DNA of 64,000 bases, from assembly GCA_905178155.1 (NCBI GenBank), contig CAJINV010000010.1, positions 3,306,587 to 3,370,586 on the forward strand. Reading direction: 5' to 3'. Below the pieces are notes generated by a model. It worked only from the letters and a program-made list of their open reading frames with translations. It was not told the DNA's origin and did not search any database. Positions 11,902 to 25,048 of the stretch are shown here, piece after piece. Origin of the DNA: Amoebophrya sp. A120. Lineage: Eukaryota > Protista > Dinoflagellata. The position numbers were made by a program, and so were the translations under genes. Numbering within the stretch: the stretch's first letter is position 1; the number at the start of each line of letters is the position of its first letter.

Positions 11902-12421
11902 GCTCAGTCAAAAAGTTACTACGTTATTGTGGGGGCTTCGAAAAACTAGCTGGGAGTGGCCGGATCTCTGCAGCTTCTAGTTCTGCATCGCAAAATAATC
12001 GGCGAGACAAAAGACGCGGCCAAAGACAAACGGAACGAACGAAATTGAAAACAGCACGAATGTTGTACAGAAGGAAGACCTGAGAAGCCACCGAATGCTC
12101 TTTCTTTACGAAGTTTGCGCATGGTACATAAGCGGACGAGTAAGTACCGACAAGCACGATAGAGAAAATGGCATTGAAATTGACATGGACATCGCCTTGA
12201 ATGCATCAAGATCCAAGATGCTGGCTTCGAAATGTTTGTGCTGCGGGCCACAGCTGTAGTTCACATGGCGCCGCGGCATTTCTCATTCGCAAAACGTCGA
12301 CGAAAACCAGAACAACTGCACGAGTTCTTGTGGAATAAAGATCAGGTTTTATTGGACGAACGACACGACAAAGGCGTCTATCTGAACGAATCGGAAACGG
12401 AAACTTCGATGCATGAAGGTA

Positions 12422-13277
12422 TTAGGGCGGAAAAATCGGCAAATATCATCATTTTTGCAAGCGCACTTGTTTGGGGGGTAAAAATAGGTTTTTTGTTGGG
12501 GGCGCAACATCTTGGAAGCCGACACGCCTCGCGTGTCCCTTCATCTTTTCCACAGGAAACATGATAGCTGAGCTTTGGAGATGCCGCAACACAAAGACCA
12601 GAAGCACGCCACAGTGCCTTCGTTCTGTGCGTTGTCGCCCAAATGGCCGGACGCTGTGTCGTGGACCCGCTCTTCGAACAGTGGCCGGGCCGCCTCCCTG
12701 ACCGGGGCTCGACGAGGCCCTTCGCCCGGAGAAGGAGGCCCGGCCAGGGGGGGTGGTCAGGGGGGTGCATTTTTGCCCCTCCCGGACACCCCTTCCGGGC
12801 ACCCCCTTCAGGCAGCTTTGGGGTAGCCTATGCCGACCCCCTAATCCCCATTGGAAACTGCCGATTTTGCGTGCCCAAAAAAGGTAGCCCAGAGGCAGCC
12901 CAAGCCGACCCCCTTACCCCCCCCCTTCGGCGCCCCCCCGGAAGCACTCGACTGCCGGCGCGTCCGCCTTCTCCATATCCGGTCGGAGGGGGGGGATGAG
13001 AAGATATGTGAGCGCGTCCGGAATTGAATGCGGGACATGGGGCGCGGCATCCCGCGCCAGAGGGCCGCAGGCGGGTGGAGCTTCAAGAAAGTGCGGCGGT
13101 TTTATTGGAAAAAGGGGAGGGCCGGATGGCGGACCGTAACACCGAAGTGCGGCGCCAACATCTAAATGGCCAACAGGAAAAAAAGCAGTAGCTACACCCC
13201 CAACAGCCAGAATTTTTTTACCCCCCCAAAAAGCGCGCTTGCAAAAATGATGATATTTGCCGATTTTTCCGCCCTAA
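12422..13277. mobile_element. 856-bp non-autonomous DNA transposon (MITE-like), ~60-bp TIRs, 5-bp TSD AGGTA
   Basis: TTAGGGCGGAAAAATCGGCAAATATCATCATTTTTGCAAGCGC is perfectly inverted at both ends. AGGTA lies at 12417-12421 and 13278-13282. The element is absent from the paralogous module near 4575. Confidence 0.93.
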
Positions 13278-13778
13278 AGGTAATATAGATATCTTTATTC
13301 ATAAAAGAAATAGTAGGTCAGTAGTCATTTACGCAGGAGCCCCTTGTAGTCCATCAAGACCGAATGATATTAGGTGGACGAAAGTGACTTCTTGGACAAG
13401 AGCACAAGAGACTATCTACAGGACCAATCCTTAAGGGAAAAAGAACATCAACACCTAGCAGCAGCTCCCCCGTCTCCGATTCACGAATATCAAACAGGGA
13501 GGAACATGTCGCTGCCTGCACAACAAGAAGAAAACCAAAAGCCAGCTCTCGTGCCTGTCGTGCTTCTGCTTGCGCTTGCCGTGAAGTTTACTTTTTTCTA
13601 CTTAAGCAAAGAAGTAGTCTTTGGGAGGAAAAGCACTGGATTGTTTGTTTCGTGTTCAGTAGCGTGTTCCAACAGAAAACTACGGTGGGATCCGCAAATA
13701 TCTACCGGCCGCTTCTAGGGTTGTAGCTTATGAGTTTGGAATCTTACTTGTTGTAACTCGCCCGGCTTCTCATCCTGT

Positions 13779-14385
13779 TGATGCCTGGTTGGGCACGGCG
13801 TTGTATGTTCATCCTTTACAGTCTCCGCTAGTGCATGAACTTGTAGATTTAAGCCACTTAGAAGCCTGCGGTTGATTTGTAAATAAGTCATTTTCTACTA
13901 CCACCTCCTCTAGTCGTCATGCTGTTGTTCGATCGAGCTTGTTTCATGTTGCAACAACCACCTCCGTTCTTCGGAAACTAGTAGTAAAACAGGGATAAAA
14001 TTGAAGCAGTGCTCAAACAGATGAAACCGATAATAAAAACTGGGGTACAGCTATACTATTTGCATTTTACTTGAGCTTTTTTCTATTTTTTTTTTCCAGT
14101 TGCGTATTTAATGGGATCCAATAAAAACCGCAGTGGAACCATTATTAAAAGCAAGTACGAGATGAAGTTTGAGTGTTGCCTCTATCTTGCACCCTTCCAG
14201 CCCTTTTTGTAGTACTGTACCTGCAATATTAGTGCGCAGCAGGAGTCGCGGAGGTAGAGAACATCAAATTGATGCTCTAGTACTAACTACTCCGAAGCTG
14301 GTCCAGCGGGAGCCATAGGCGGAGCGGAAGGGCCACGAGGACGGACGGGGGGGAAAAAATATTTCATGTACCATAGGGGAAATAC
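13779..14385 (+). repeat. Dispersed upstream module Z, copy 2
   Basis: Closely matches 59241-59853 and, more loosely, 5048-5635. Confidence 0.85.
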
Positions 14386-14681
14386 TAATTCTACTTGAAT
14401 ATGACATGCTAAAAATGGATCTGAAATGATGGAAACAAAAAACTTTCGTCCGATGTGCTGGACCATGTTGAGTATGTTGAAAAAATTCTAAAGGCTGAGT
14501 TGTGAATCACATTAAAAAATAACGCTAAACCAGTTGACTTCGTCGACGAGACTGATGTTCATGTTGTGATAATGCTTCTGAAATCATGTGAGGTGATGAC
14601 GCCCGCTTTAGTAATATAGGGCAGCTCAGGAATTGGAATGCACTGCGCGCTACCGCCCTCACGCGCAATGTTCAGGAGATC

Positions 14682-17600
14682 CTACTTGAAAGACCGATGG
14701 TCGGGCCGCTCTGCCGCTGCGCTTCGCCCTGCGGGCACTGCGTGCGCGCTTTCGGGATGCGCCGTGCGCCCCTTCATGACGGCCCCGCCGCTAGCTTTCT
14801 CAGCAGCGGCGAAAACCGGCGCGCCCGTGTCTCCGCGGCGACCCCGGCTCCCTGCTGGGGGCTCTGGCTCAGCTTCCAATTCCAGAAACGCGGAGCGGCG
14901 CAGCTGCTGCGGCGGCTGTGTGTGTGTCCGCTGCCCGTCCAGGGGAACCCGCACGACCTGGGTCGGCTTAGTAGACCCTGGCGCCGCACCTTCAGCCGTG
15001 ATCAACTTCGCCCCACACTGCTTGCCATCAATCCCGTCGCGCGTTTTATTCCAGGTGACAGACCAGCCAGCAGAATGGCCGACCAAGCGCGGCGCGCATG
15101 GAATGCAAATACGTCATAAGCCTGCACACAGGCGGGCCACGCCCACAACCTTTTACCAGCTTGCGGCGGTGTGTTTTGGGGCGTTCTTTCTCTTTGCCTT
15201 TTCATTAATGCTACTGCCCCGCGTCCTATTTTTCCAACACGAAACACACGCACAAACGGGAATAACAATACGCGCCGCGCTTGCCAACGCACGTATAGAA
15301 TATGATAAAAGCATAGGCACCGGCCAAAACATTGCCAACCATGCCAAGCCCCCTGATATGCCCTCTATGACGTATTCGCAGGCGATCTGGATAAACAAAC
15401 GACGCGCACCACTTGGCCCCTGCCAAGCGCCCAGTGATACCAATCCACGTCGACATTTAACGGCTCGTGTGTTTCGCTCGCACACTATCCTGGCGAAAAC
15501 CATCCAAAACCGCCGCCTGCCGAGGAGCGAGCGCACAACGCCGCGGCAACATGCATGGGGCTGCGCGCCGGCCTGGCTGTCTGAAACACCCGCACGGCGC
15601 GCCAGGAAAATACAGAGCCAAGCAAACTATTTGCGGGCGCGCGGGCCGCGAGGGGCGAGCGCTGGAGGTGCAGGCGGGCCCGCAAACGTACGACACCACC
15701 CACGGAGGCTATTGCCCTGCTGAATTTCCAGGCCACCTACTCGGGCCGCTACTTATCGCACCACGCAGGTGCCGCGCCCTCCGGAAACGCTTTTCGTGTG
15801 CCATTGCGCGCGCGCGGGCGCATCGCTAATGGGGTCCAAAATAGATCGTGGCCCCGGTTTGGCTTTCTCAGGACAGCAGATAATGCGCGCGGCCCCCTCG
15901 TGCGCGGGCGCCGCAAGAGGGTGCCACACCACTGCAAACCTGCGGCGCACAGAATGGAGCACAGCGCCGCCTGTCTTACTTGCTACACACCCAAGGCACC
16001 CAGACAACGGATTTTGGGGCGCATTGCCCTCTAGGGGCGTCGCGTAGCGAGTTTTGCTTGTCTCGTAAATGTGACAAGGAAGCCCGCGGCGCCAAGCCTG
16101 CGGGGCTTCAAAATGGAATGCGCGGGACACCCCCTCTGTGCGGTTTGGGAGTTTTGTTTTCTGTTTGGGTGGCTGAAATGTGTGCCCCGCCCCCGTGGGC
16201 CATTGCGAAGGAATAACGAAGCGGAGGGCCTACGCCTGCGACGAAAGCAGCCGACTACAGGTAAAGCGACCCGCGGGCCACCCAGACCCTTCAAAGGCTC
16301 GGCAGCTATCACCCCGCCGGGCCCTGGCTGCCTAAGTACCATAGGCGCTGCGGCGTGGCTGCTTTCGCATTTTTGTAGGGGCCATAGCCATACCTACCTA
16401 CCTAGGGGTCCCCGAATGGTATTCCCCACGGGGGCTGCTAGCTAGGGAACGCGTGGCGCCAACGTGCTCCGGGCTGCGTGCTACTTAGATGCTCTCTCTT
16501 TGGCGGGCTCTTAGCCAACCGCGGGAGTGAGAAGCTAGCGCCGCATGCGACTGGCCCTCCACAGGACAAGCGCTCCCGTAAGTTCGGCGGCCGCCCCTCA
16601 GACGTGGCCGCACTCCTAGCACTGCACGCCCAGATTAAGCGGCCGCCCCATATAGAGTTTCTGTGCAAATGATTCGCCTGGACGAGTTGCCCGGGGGGCG
16701 CCCATTACGTCATGGCGCATTGCGGCGCAATGCTTTTCAGAGAAATGCCCAAGAGTGAGGCAGCGCCGCGGCCTTTGGCCGCTGCCATTCTAATATATTA
16801 TTGCATAAGCCAGGCTTTTTTTATAAAGGCGGGCTTTTCCACAGCGCGGGGGCCTGCGGGGGTCGGTTTTTTTCTCCGTTCTGCATTCAAGGGCTTTTTG
16901 CTAGAACTTGCAGCCAACCACGGCGGCGCTGCTGATTCGCCGTCTTTCTGATTCCGAGAGCAACGCGGGTGGCATTGAATAAACGCAGGGCGCACGGCAA
17001 AAAAATTTCGGGGCACGCGCGCGCGCTAAAATGTCTCTACGCGAATGCACTTCTGTCGGGACGCGCGTAGGCTTTGGATTTCGAGCGCAGCGGGGGGGGG
17101 CGTGTAGCTTCTGAGCGCGTCGCGAGTCCCACACCTATTCTCGCTAACCTATCGTCTGCGCGCACCTAGTAACACGCGCGACACCTGGGCGCCGCCCATA
17201 TTATCAGCCATGTCGGCCGCCGCCCTTTTTCTAGCCGCCGAGACAGAGCCCCGGCGGACGGGCTTGCCTGTGTCCAATGTGGGAAGCAGACACCCTCACC
17301 ATGGGAAGTGTGACAAGCTACCCCTACCGGCCGTTTGCATTTGCTCCCGACCTAATTCGCTTAGCTTCACCAAGGCGGGCCGCACGCAAGGGCGTCGCTT
17401 TGGAAGCGGGGCGAATGGCTTCAATCACCAGGATAGCCGCCTCAACGACTTCTCCAGTAGGGTTTCTCGGAAGGCGCCAGAATCCTTGACGCGGATTGCC
17501 CAACCATAGGACCCCGCTGAGGTTTTCGCGTGCGCCAGGGAGATTACGTGTTCGACAGGGCCTCCCTTCTGACCATCATGTTTCCCAGCCTCCGTTGCGG

Positions 17601-19207
17601 TGCCGGGCCTCTGTTCAAATACCAGGCGCACAACTGGTTCAGGGTCAGGGGCTTCTGCTGCATAATCATGCGCGCCAAGTAATACAATGGCGGTCTCGCT
17701 GGGCCATGCTTTCTGCAACCCCGTGGCCACGCTCTTGAGGCTCAAGTCTTCCGAAAGCCATCGCGCGTCGTCCTCGAAGACGACTACCAACTGGTCATCG
17801 GCAAGAGCTCCTTGCCGGTGTAGCTGCGCGATCGCACCGAAACACTTGCTGAGGGCTTTCTCCAGTCCAACGCCGCGCAGCTCGTCAAACTCTGCCGGGC
17901 AATGATGGAACTCATACCCTTCAGCAGGTGCTGCGCCGGCGCCCGGTATCGCCGAGGAATGGCCATCCCCCGTAAGGTTCTGGCGCTTCGGTGGTGCAGG
18001 CCCGAACGTGTCTTCCGTCAGAAACTGAGAAAGCTTGCTCCCAACGTGTGCGGCCACGACCGCCGGCGCGTCTGCGCCGAATCCCACCACCATGAGAAAC
18101 GGCCCCCGCAATTCCTGCCCACCCTCGGTAATCTGCGTGCCTAGGTCTGCTGCCTCACCTAGCCCTGGCGCCCAGGCTTCGAAGGGGATCAGATTGTTGC
18201 CTGTGAGGGTGGCAAGAATTGGCTCTGCTTGTTCCCGGTCTGGCGATGTTCCATTTCCCGTGCAAAAACATGCCCACCTCAATATGCTAGGACTTCCGCT
18301 AAGCAACCACGTCCTGCTTTTTATTTTGAAACCCAAATTTCTCGAACTCCACATGACAAGTCCAGACGACACGACTGAAGTTGTACTTTTTTCAGAATAG
18401 AACAATAACATCATAAGGATCACTCAAGCTCAGTGTCAAGAGAGTTACTCGGTCGTATCAAAAATCTCAATTTCTAGTATGACCTCACTGCATACAATGC
18501 GAGCGTGCCTCTGGGCGTGGGGCACTTGCACTTATCACTAGATCTGGCCGTGCATCATGTGCACGAGGTTCGCCGCGAGGACTAGTCGAGGGTGGGCACG
18601 TCTTTGAGCAGGATACTCCTCGACCACTGCCCATGCTCGTCAACTGTAGTTTGCTGAGACTGGTGACCTGTATCAAGGAACGGGATGAAAAGGGTTGGGC
18701 TTAAGTAGTAATCGGTGGAGCATGCTGAATTCGAATTCGTAATAAGTAAATATAGATCAAAAAAGCGGCTCATATGCGTGTTGCGAAAACGGCTTGAGGC
18801 GGATTTGTTCTCTACTTCTTCTAAAAAGGAAGACTAAACTCATAGGCTGAAGCAGATACGGACTCAGCACTTACCCTTTTTTTTTTGCCGGTGTGAGGCG
18901 AGGCTTTCAGCTGGTGGAAGGTTTTCGACTGACGGCCTGGATTTGCTTTTGCTTCAAGTTGTCCTGGCCAACTTTTTTGATAGTGCCCCACCGCACCCAG
19001 AACGGACCAGGTCTCGACTCCACCAAGTAGGAGAACGGCTGCTGCGGCCCGCGTCGAAGGAAAATTGACAAAAAAACTACTAGTACGGCGCGGCCCGAAG
19101 CTGCTCTGCCCCTGACAATATTCTCGCTCGAACCTCCGACTCAGGACCCCGCAAAATGCCATCCCCCCGTACTTCACATCAGAGACTCGTCGGCTAGACC
19201 CGATCAT
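14682..19207 (-). CDS. GT25-like glycosyltransferase with the shared leader; interrupted by three TIR introners
   Basis: LSKCF..IAQ, VVVFEDDARW, IVLLG and AGSYGWAI in the 17436-18250 exon. After removing 15486-17435 plus 5 nt: EPLNVDVDWYHWA. After removing 15097-15393 plus 5 nt: LVGHSAGWSVTWNKTR. Leader starts at ATG 19207. Confidence 0.65.
15097..15393. mobile_element. Degenerate TIR introner
   Basis: Inner inverted repeat GCAAATACGTCATA / TATGACGTATTCGC. Removal plus 5 nt is in frame. Confidence 0.55.
15486..17435. mobile_element. Long (1.95 kb) GC-rich TIR introner
   Basis: TATCCTGGCGAAAACCATCC versus right reverse complement TATCCTGGTGATTGAAGCCATTC. Removal plus 5 nt restores the GT25-like frame. 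Confidence 0.65.
18254..18615. mobile_element. TIR introner at the same leader position as 10720-11038
   Basis: TTTCCCGTGCAAAAACATGCCCACC ... GGTGGGCACGTCTTTGAGCAGGATA. TSD TTCCA/CTCCT. In-frame join to SPDREQAE. Confidence 0.8.
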
Positions 19208-19482
19208 GTTGGCTAGCGCCTCTTCTTCTTCTTCTATCGCACAGAGAAGTCAGAAATGCCGAGTGACTAGATGTATGAAATGTTCTGAGTGAGAATTATT
19301 GGTCGGCAGGCAACATAGAAGTAGCAGAACTTAGACTTACAACTTGTTCGTAAATGAAAATGTATTTATAAAGGAAAAGTTGACGAGGGCTTCTGTTCTT
19401 TGCTCTGCTTTAGCTAGCGATGTCTGCTTCGCTGCGTGAAAGACGCAAAAAAGATCTTGGGCTTTGCTCAATGATTATTGAC

Positions 19483-19522
19483 GACTCTGAGTTCGAAAGG
19501 GGGCTCCGTCCTCGTTTCCTGT
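19483..19522 (-). promoter_or_regulatory. Conserved upstream motif copy (GT25-like gene)
   Basis: GACTCTGAGTTCGAAAGGGGGCTCCGTCCTCGTTTCCTGT, 276-315 bp upstream of the ATG. Confidence 0.55.
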
Positions 19523-21088
19523 TCTCAATCAAAATTACTACGTTATTCTGGAGGCTTCGAAAAACTAGTTGCGAGTGGCCAAATCTCTGCAGCATCTAGT
19601 TCTGCTTCGCATTATAATCAACGAGATCAAAGACGCGGCCAAAGGCAAACGGAGCGAACGAAATTGAAAACAGCACGAGTAAGTACAGAAGGAAGACCTG
19701 AGAAGCCACCGAACGCTCTTACGAAGTTTGTGCACGATACCGGCAGAAGGCGACACCGGGATAAGTCAGCACCGAACGCTCTTTCTTACGAAATTTGTGC
19801 ACGGTACATAAGCGGACGAGTAAGTACCGACAAACACGATAGAGAAAATGGCATTGTTGAAATTGACAGCGACATCGCCTTCTATGCATGAAGGTGCGAG
19901 ATACTGATGCTGAGTTCAAATGCATGTGCTGCGGCCCACAGCTGTCGTTCACATGGCGCCGCGGCATTTCTCGCTCGCTAAACGTCGAACAAATACTGCT
20001 ACCACCAGTTTACATCGTAGGATCATCCTTATCGTGCGTAAAAGCTTCCCCACCTCCCCGGACTTGTAGTGCTAAGAAAAGTGCATGGTCTTTTAGTTTT
20101 CCTCTAACTTGTAATGCCATACTCACGATATTGCTATCGATTTGAGATGCGATTTCTTTAGCCACACACGATTTTTACCCTAACAAGCGTCCAGGTCCAG
20201 GTTTTTTCTCATGGAGATTTCGCAAAGCTTCGCGATTTTTCTAGAAAAATCCCGATCTTGACTCTGGAGCGGGGACTTTGTTGCACGGGATAATCGTCAT
20301 GATCTAGTACGGCCCAAAAGCACGGACGTTACTTTGTAACGAGCTGGCTATGAACGTTCGTTGGTGTGATCGTGATCGTGATGCTGAGCCGCTGCGTAAA
20401 TTACAATTAGAATCGACCAGGGGAACGGCCAGAAGAAGAACTGCTACGAAGAAACTTTAACTTTAGGTCGTATCTGCGTCAGGGATGCTGAAATCCTATT
20501 GCTTTTGGGGATGGACAACTTACGATGCTGGTCGTGAAAGGGTGAAAGTGAAACGAAAACGATGGAAACTGAAGAATAACATTAACACTCAAACTTTCTT
20601 GCTTGTTTGTTGAGGGTGGTCACATGGAACCGCTTGGTGTTCTTTCAGTTTCGTCTCATGTGTCTAGCGCTACTTCAACATTGAAAAGGCACGATTTGGC
20701 GGAGCTTCTTTGGCTCCCACCTGAGAAAAAGGAACTACTTCTGAGAACGATAATAGAGCCTGCTAATGAATAAAATCAAAAAGGTTGCTGTTCTTGAAAA
20801 GTTAAAAGTTAAAAGGAAGGCTCGCAATAAAAAGACTGTTCGAAAGAAGAGAAAATTAAACTCTTGTTGCAAAAAGCTGTTTTTGTGAGGAGAAAGCTTC
20901 AAGCTGTGCTGTAGTCGAAAAAAGAAGGCTTTGTTTTTATTTTGTTTTAATTGTTACGGAAATGCAAGTACTTTCTTATTGTTAAACTTTGACTTTCTGA
21001 TTGTTACGTAAATACAAATACTTCATCATAAACCTAAAAGTTGTTTAGTAGTACGTACTTGGCATCGGCCATCCACTGCTACCCCCTT

Positions 21089-22500
21089 TCATGGAGTTCG
21101 ATTTGAAATGGCCCCCTCACCCCGGCCTTTGGTACGGGAGAAAACACCACCATCCGCTCGTTCCAGAAACGAAGCGGGCGAAGAGCCGGGGGAACCTGCA
21201 AGAGGTCCATCGAAGTGCGGCCGCTGTTCGCTACACGCCAATTTGCAATCTGCGTTTGCCAGCCGGTTACAATAAAAGTTCCCTCTGCTGTACAGGTCAC
21301 CGTAGCTACCGCTGCCACAGCTGGCCGGGTTCCAATTCATGCTATCATCGCAGAAAACTGTGTCATCACCTGGCAAAGCTTGACCTTCATAATCCTTCCG
21401 AATGCTGGCCACGGAGGAAGGCCGCCATATTGGCAGCCCCTTCGCGGCCACCGAAATGTCGGGCCCGCGCAATGAATAGCTAAGGTAGGGGCAGCCAGTG
21501 GAATGGCTGCCGAACTTCCTCACACTGCTGTATCGAGGCGCCCAACACCATGACAAGTGGCGCCGCGCCCACGCTATACAAAAAAGCGCGCGCGCGTTGA
21601 GTTAGAAAGCTGCCGCCCACAATCCTCGCCGGGCAGGCATGGGCATGCGTCAGTGCGTCCCGAAGAACGCCACACACAGGAGCCGCCGGCCGCGGCAAGG
21701 CGGGGCGGCAATGGGGGCGGCGGCGCTCTTTTGCCTTGGGGGGGCGACGGGGAAAAAGGGCCCCCCTCCCTCCGCAACCTTCTTTCGGCTCCGGGGAAGG
21801 CACCAAAAACATGCTCCAGGGCAAAGTGGAAACAGGCGCGCCGGCCATGCCAAAGCACGGGATAAATGGCGCAACAGCGCCCGCCAAATGCTTCAGGCTG
21901 TGCCCGCCTATGCAGTCAGCACATGCGCGGCAAGGCGAGCGACCCGGGCCCCTTAGCCACCCGTCCCAGCTTTTGATGGTTTCACACAAACTGCGAGGCC
22001 AGAGTCGAAGCTAACAAGGCTACCTCGGCCGGCATACGCCCAATTTCTTTGCCGGGCGTCTCAGGGGGAACACAAAAGACGACAGGCAGCAAGCCCGGAA
22101 GCCTGTGGCACACAGAGCTGCACATGCATGGCGCGCATTGTGTTTCTGGTTCTTCGTTTCTATTTCTCGTATGGGCAGATCAAACATCGCAAAACCGCCT
22201 CAGCCTAGAAGCAAAGCGGGCAAAGGGGCGGCGGCTGCCGAGACCACCCAAAATGGCCCCGGGTTAGGCAAATCGATACCGCGCGGCCCCCCTGTTTTTC
22301 TTTCCCGCGTGGGCTTCTTCTGCCCCTGCGCCTGCACTTGGCTGGCCCACTGCCCCCAATCAACGCATGGAGCGCACGCTAGAACCTAAGGCGACAAGGG
22401 CCGCGAGAGGAAGCTCCTGAGCTTGTCGGCGCGCCTGCGTCGTTTCTTCCAAGCGGCCGCGGCACTTCCCCGCTGGGTCTGTTTGGTCATGGCAAACAAA
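21089..22500 (-). pseudogene. Degenerate GT32-like paralog, copy 1
   Basis: KFGSHSTGCPYLSYSLRGPD resembles FRGHTDDCAGHADLDTTGPG of the neighbouring gene, and the C-terminal region has SYGDLYSRGNFYCN. The upstream part is frameshifted inside a GC-rich tract; the 5' limit is approximate. Confidence 0.35.
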
Positions 22501-22653
22501 CAGGCCCACCACCTTGCGGCGCTTCCATATCAAAAAACCGTTCCAAACCGCCCGACCTCTCCCGGTCAGGTCCAGAACCAGATGTGCGGACGATCATAAC
22601 AAGAGAGCTCCTGCCAGAACTCAATACACACAAGCTTTGTCCCGACACGACAT

Positions 22654-24757
22654 TTATTTTCTGCAATACGCCTCTCCTCCCCGGAGGTGGTGGGCGGCGT
22701 ACAACTTGTCTGCAGGTATAGCACCCTCAGCTTTGGCAATACTCGAGCGTGAAACTTTCGTCACGCCACACACCCCCGCTGTCGGGAGCGCATGGACAAA
22801 AACATGATCTCGGAGAGCTTGGCGCGCGAATCGGTGCAGTCCTGCGCCAGTCCCGGCGTATCTCTTCTGGCTGTAGCTTTACACTACAGTAAGAAGGGCC
22901 AAGTGCCGCGCTTGCCCCGCAGCGCTTGCCGCGGAAAGTGGTTCTCACATACAAGGCAAGCGGACGCCCAAGTGGGCGACTTAAAGATTCCTTGCTACGC
23001 CGCCCCGAGCCAGCACGTTGTCCATATTTACTAATCATGAAGAGTCTTTTTTCTGACGCAAAGCAACGTTTCATAACTGAAGTTGCCAAAGCTGAAGAGG
23101 CCATATCACCATGCGCTTCCTGATCCCATCCAAGCAGCACACCCTGTGGAGAAAGGTCCAAATACTGTGTGCTCCGCGTGGTGTCTGGCCAGTGCTGTTC
23201 AATCAAGAGGTCCGTAAGCTTCGCCACTGCACTTTCACTGTACCGATGGCCATAATCGCTCCAATCACCGAAGTTCACCGTTTGCAAATCGGCCTCGAGC
23301 GCCGTGCGGTCGCAGCCGGAGCCGGACGACTCGCTTCCGCGGGCAGCCAGCACGTCACCGAAATGCTCGCTCGCCCAGGGTTCATGTAGCATAACGAAAA
23401 ATCGCTCGGAGCCCCCAGCTCGGTCAGCCGATTTCAGTGGCATTGGGAACGAGCCGCTGGCGTCGTGCACACAGCGCGGGAGGAATCTCTTTCTGAAGCA
23501 CTCATGCCGAAGCAGTCCATCGAGGAAAGCCCCCGGCCCAGTTGTGTCTAGATCCGCGTGGCCCGCGCAGTCGTCCGTGTGCCCTCTGAACCCAGTCATC
23601 ACATTCTGAATTTCCTGCTGCATCACATAAAGAAGTGCGGGGTTGCGAGGGTAAGTCGCGAAGAAGGCGCCCTGCACCTTTCCTCTTCGTGGTCTCTGGC
23701 CACATCCGTGCCCGTACGGTGCAATTGCGCCAGCATCCAAGCACATTCCGATGTCCCCTTCTTGCAAAAGAACATCTGCTTTTGGTGCGCGTGATGTTGT
23801 GCTCAGTGCCGCACTGCCATCAAGTGAGTTCCCCTCCGTCGTATATGTGTCTGTCGCCCCTGATGCCCCGAAAAGAGCATCTAAAACAGGGAATAATAGA
23901 GGGCGGGGTCGGTCCACTGCAACAGAAGCTTTCGTCGAAGAATTTCGGGTTTGTATTTCTTGTTCGCGTGGGCGCACCATGCTCGGGGCCTCAGTCTTGG
24001 CGTCAAAATACGTTCCGCCGCAGAAATACACTATCGCCATCCGAAACAAGTCCGCACGCGATGTCCAGGAGTTCAAGTTCTCAAACGCCGACAGAAGAGT
24101 CTGGTTGGCATTCCGCAGTTGCAGGAGCCCCTCTTCATGCAAAAAATCCGACAGCAGCTCCACTGCGCGCCATGCTGCTTCGTGGTCAAAATGCCGCACG
24201 CCGAAAGGCAGGCCGTCGCCTGCAGCTTGGGCGGTTTGGTTGTTCCATTCGCCAAACAAACCAGGAAACATTGCTTCCGCGTCTTCCCGGGAAAGGGAAT
24301 CTGGGGCGTCATTGGGGGCCATCGTGAAAACATTTGTACGAGGCAGAACACGTCCGGCTTGTTGTTTCTCCAGATTTGCACCTGAATTCGGGCACATGGC
24401 CTCTAGAGTCAGGGCGCCAGCGCTCACTGAAACGTAGGGAGACACAGGCTCCCAGACCTCCAACGTAGAAACAAGAATTGGGGCGGTAGCGTTCACGGAA
24501 ACGTGCCGAAGTTGTACGGGCCCCCGATGCTCCGATACAGGACCGGGTGGTGTGATATCGGGACCGCGGTGCAACCTTCGCCTGGTTTGAATCGCGATGC
24601 CGTGCTGCTTCCGTGCATCTGTCAAATTTGCGATTCCGAAGAGTAAAGCTGGTTTGACGAAGACCTTTCGTATCGGAAGACGCTCTTGTCGTCGCTCAGA
24701 CTCCCGGGAGCGCCGATCCGCAGAAACTGTAACACTCGACTGCGCCATGCTGTTCAT
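22654..24757 (-). CDS. GT32/DXD-type (Gly_transf_sug/OCH1-like) glycosyltransferase, copy 1
   Basis: SRADLFRMAIVYFCGGTYFD, FFATYPRNPAL and DTTGPGAF. The last exon (DKLYAAHHLRGGEAYCRK*) is reached by removing element 22717-23105. Confidence 0.8.
22717..23105. mobile_element. TIR introner (also readable as a GT-AG intron); duplicate at 28643-29031
   Basis: TATAGCACCCTCAGCTTTGGCAA versus right reverse complement TATGGCCTCTTCAGCTTTGGCAA. In-frame join AHGEDKLY. Confidence 0.75.
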
Positions 24758-24991
24758 CAAACCTTCTTCGAGCAAGTCGCGTACTATACACCGGCTCCGC
24801 AAAGGGGATTCAAACAGAACCGAGCGCACGGCTGTAATTGACTCCACCTCTGTCCTCCTTAGCTGCAGTAAGATGATGCTGATGATTGAGAGTGACTAGA
24901 CAATACGAATACTAATTAAACGCTGCAAAGCTACAGGAGTAGTTAGATTCAATCATTGGAGAGTTCGCGTCTAAAAGGGATACTCACACGA

Positions 24992-25048
24992 AATTCTGAG
25001 TGCGAAGGGGTGCTTCGTCACTTCATTTGTTGTGGTTCGTGTTCCTGT
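24992..25048 (-). promoter_or_regulatory. Conserved upstream motif copy (GT32; duplicate at 30918-30974)
   Basis: AATTCTGAGTGCGAAGGGGTGCT...TCGTGTTCCTGT, 235-291 bp upstream of ATG 24757. Confidence 0.45.

Noticed and set aside
12422-12427. TTAGGG as a telomeric or interstitial telomere signal
   Set aside because: A single hexamer forming a TIR tip, not an array.
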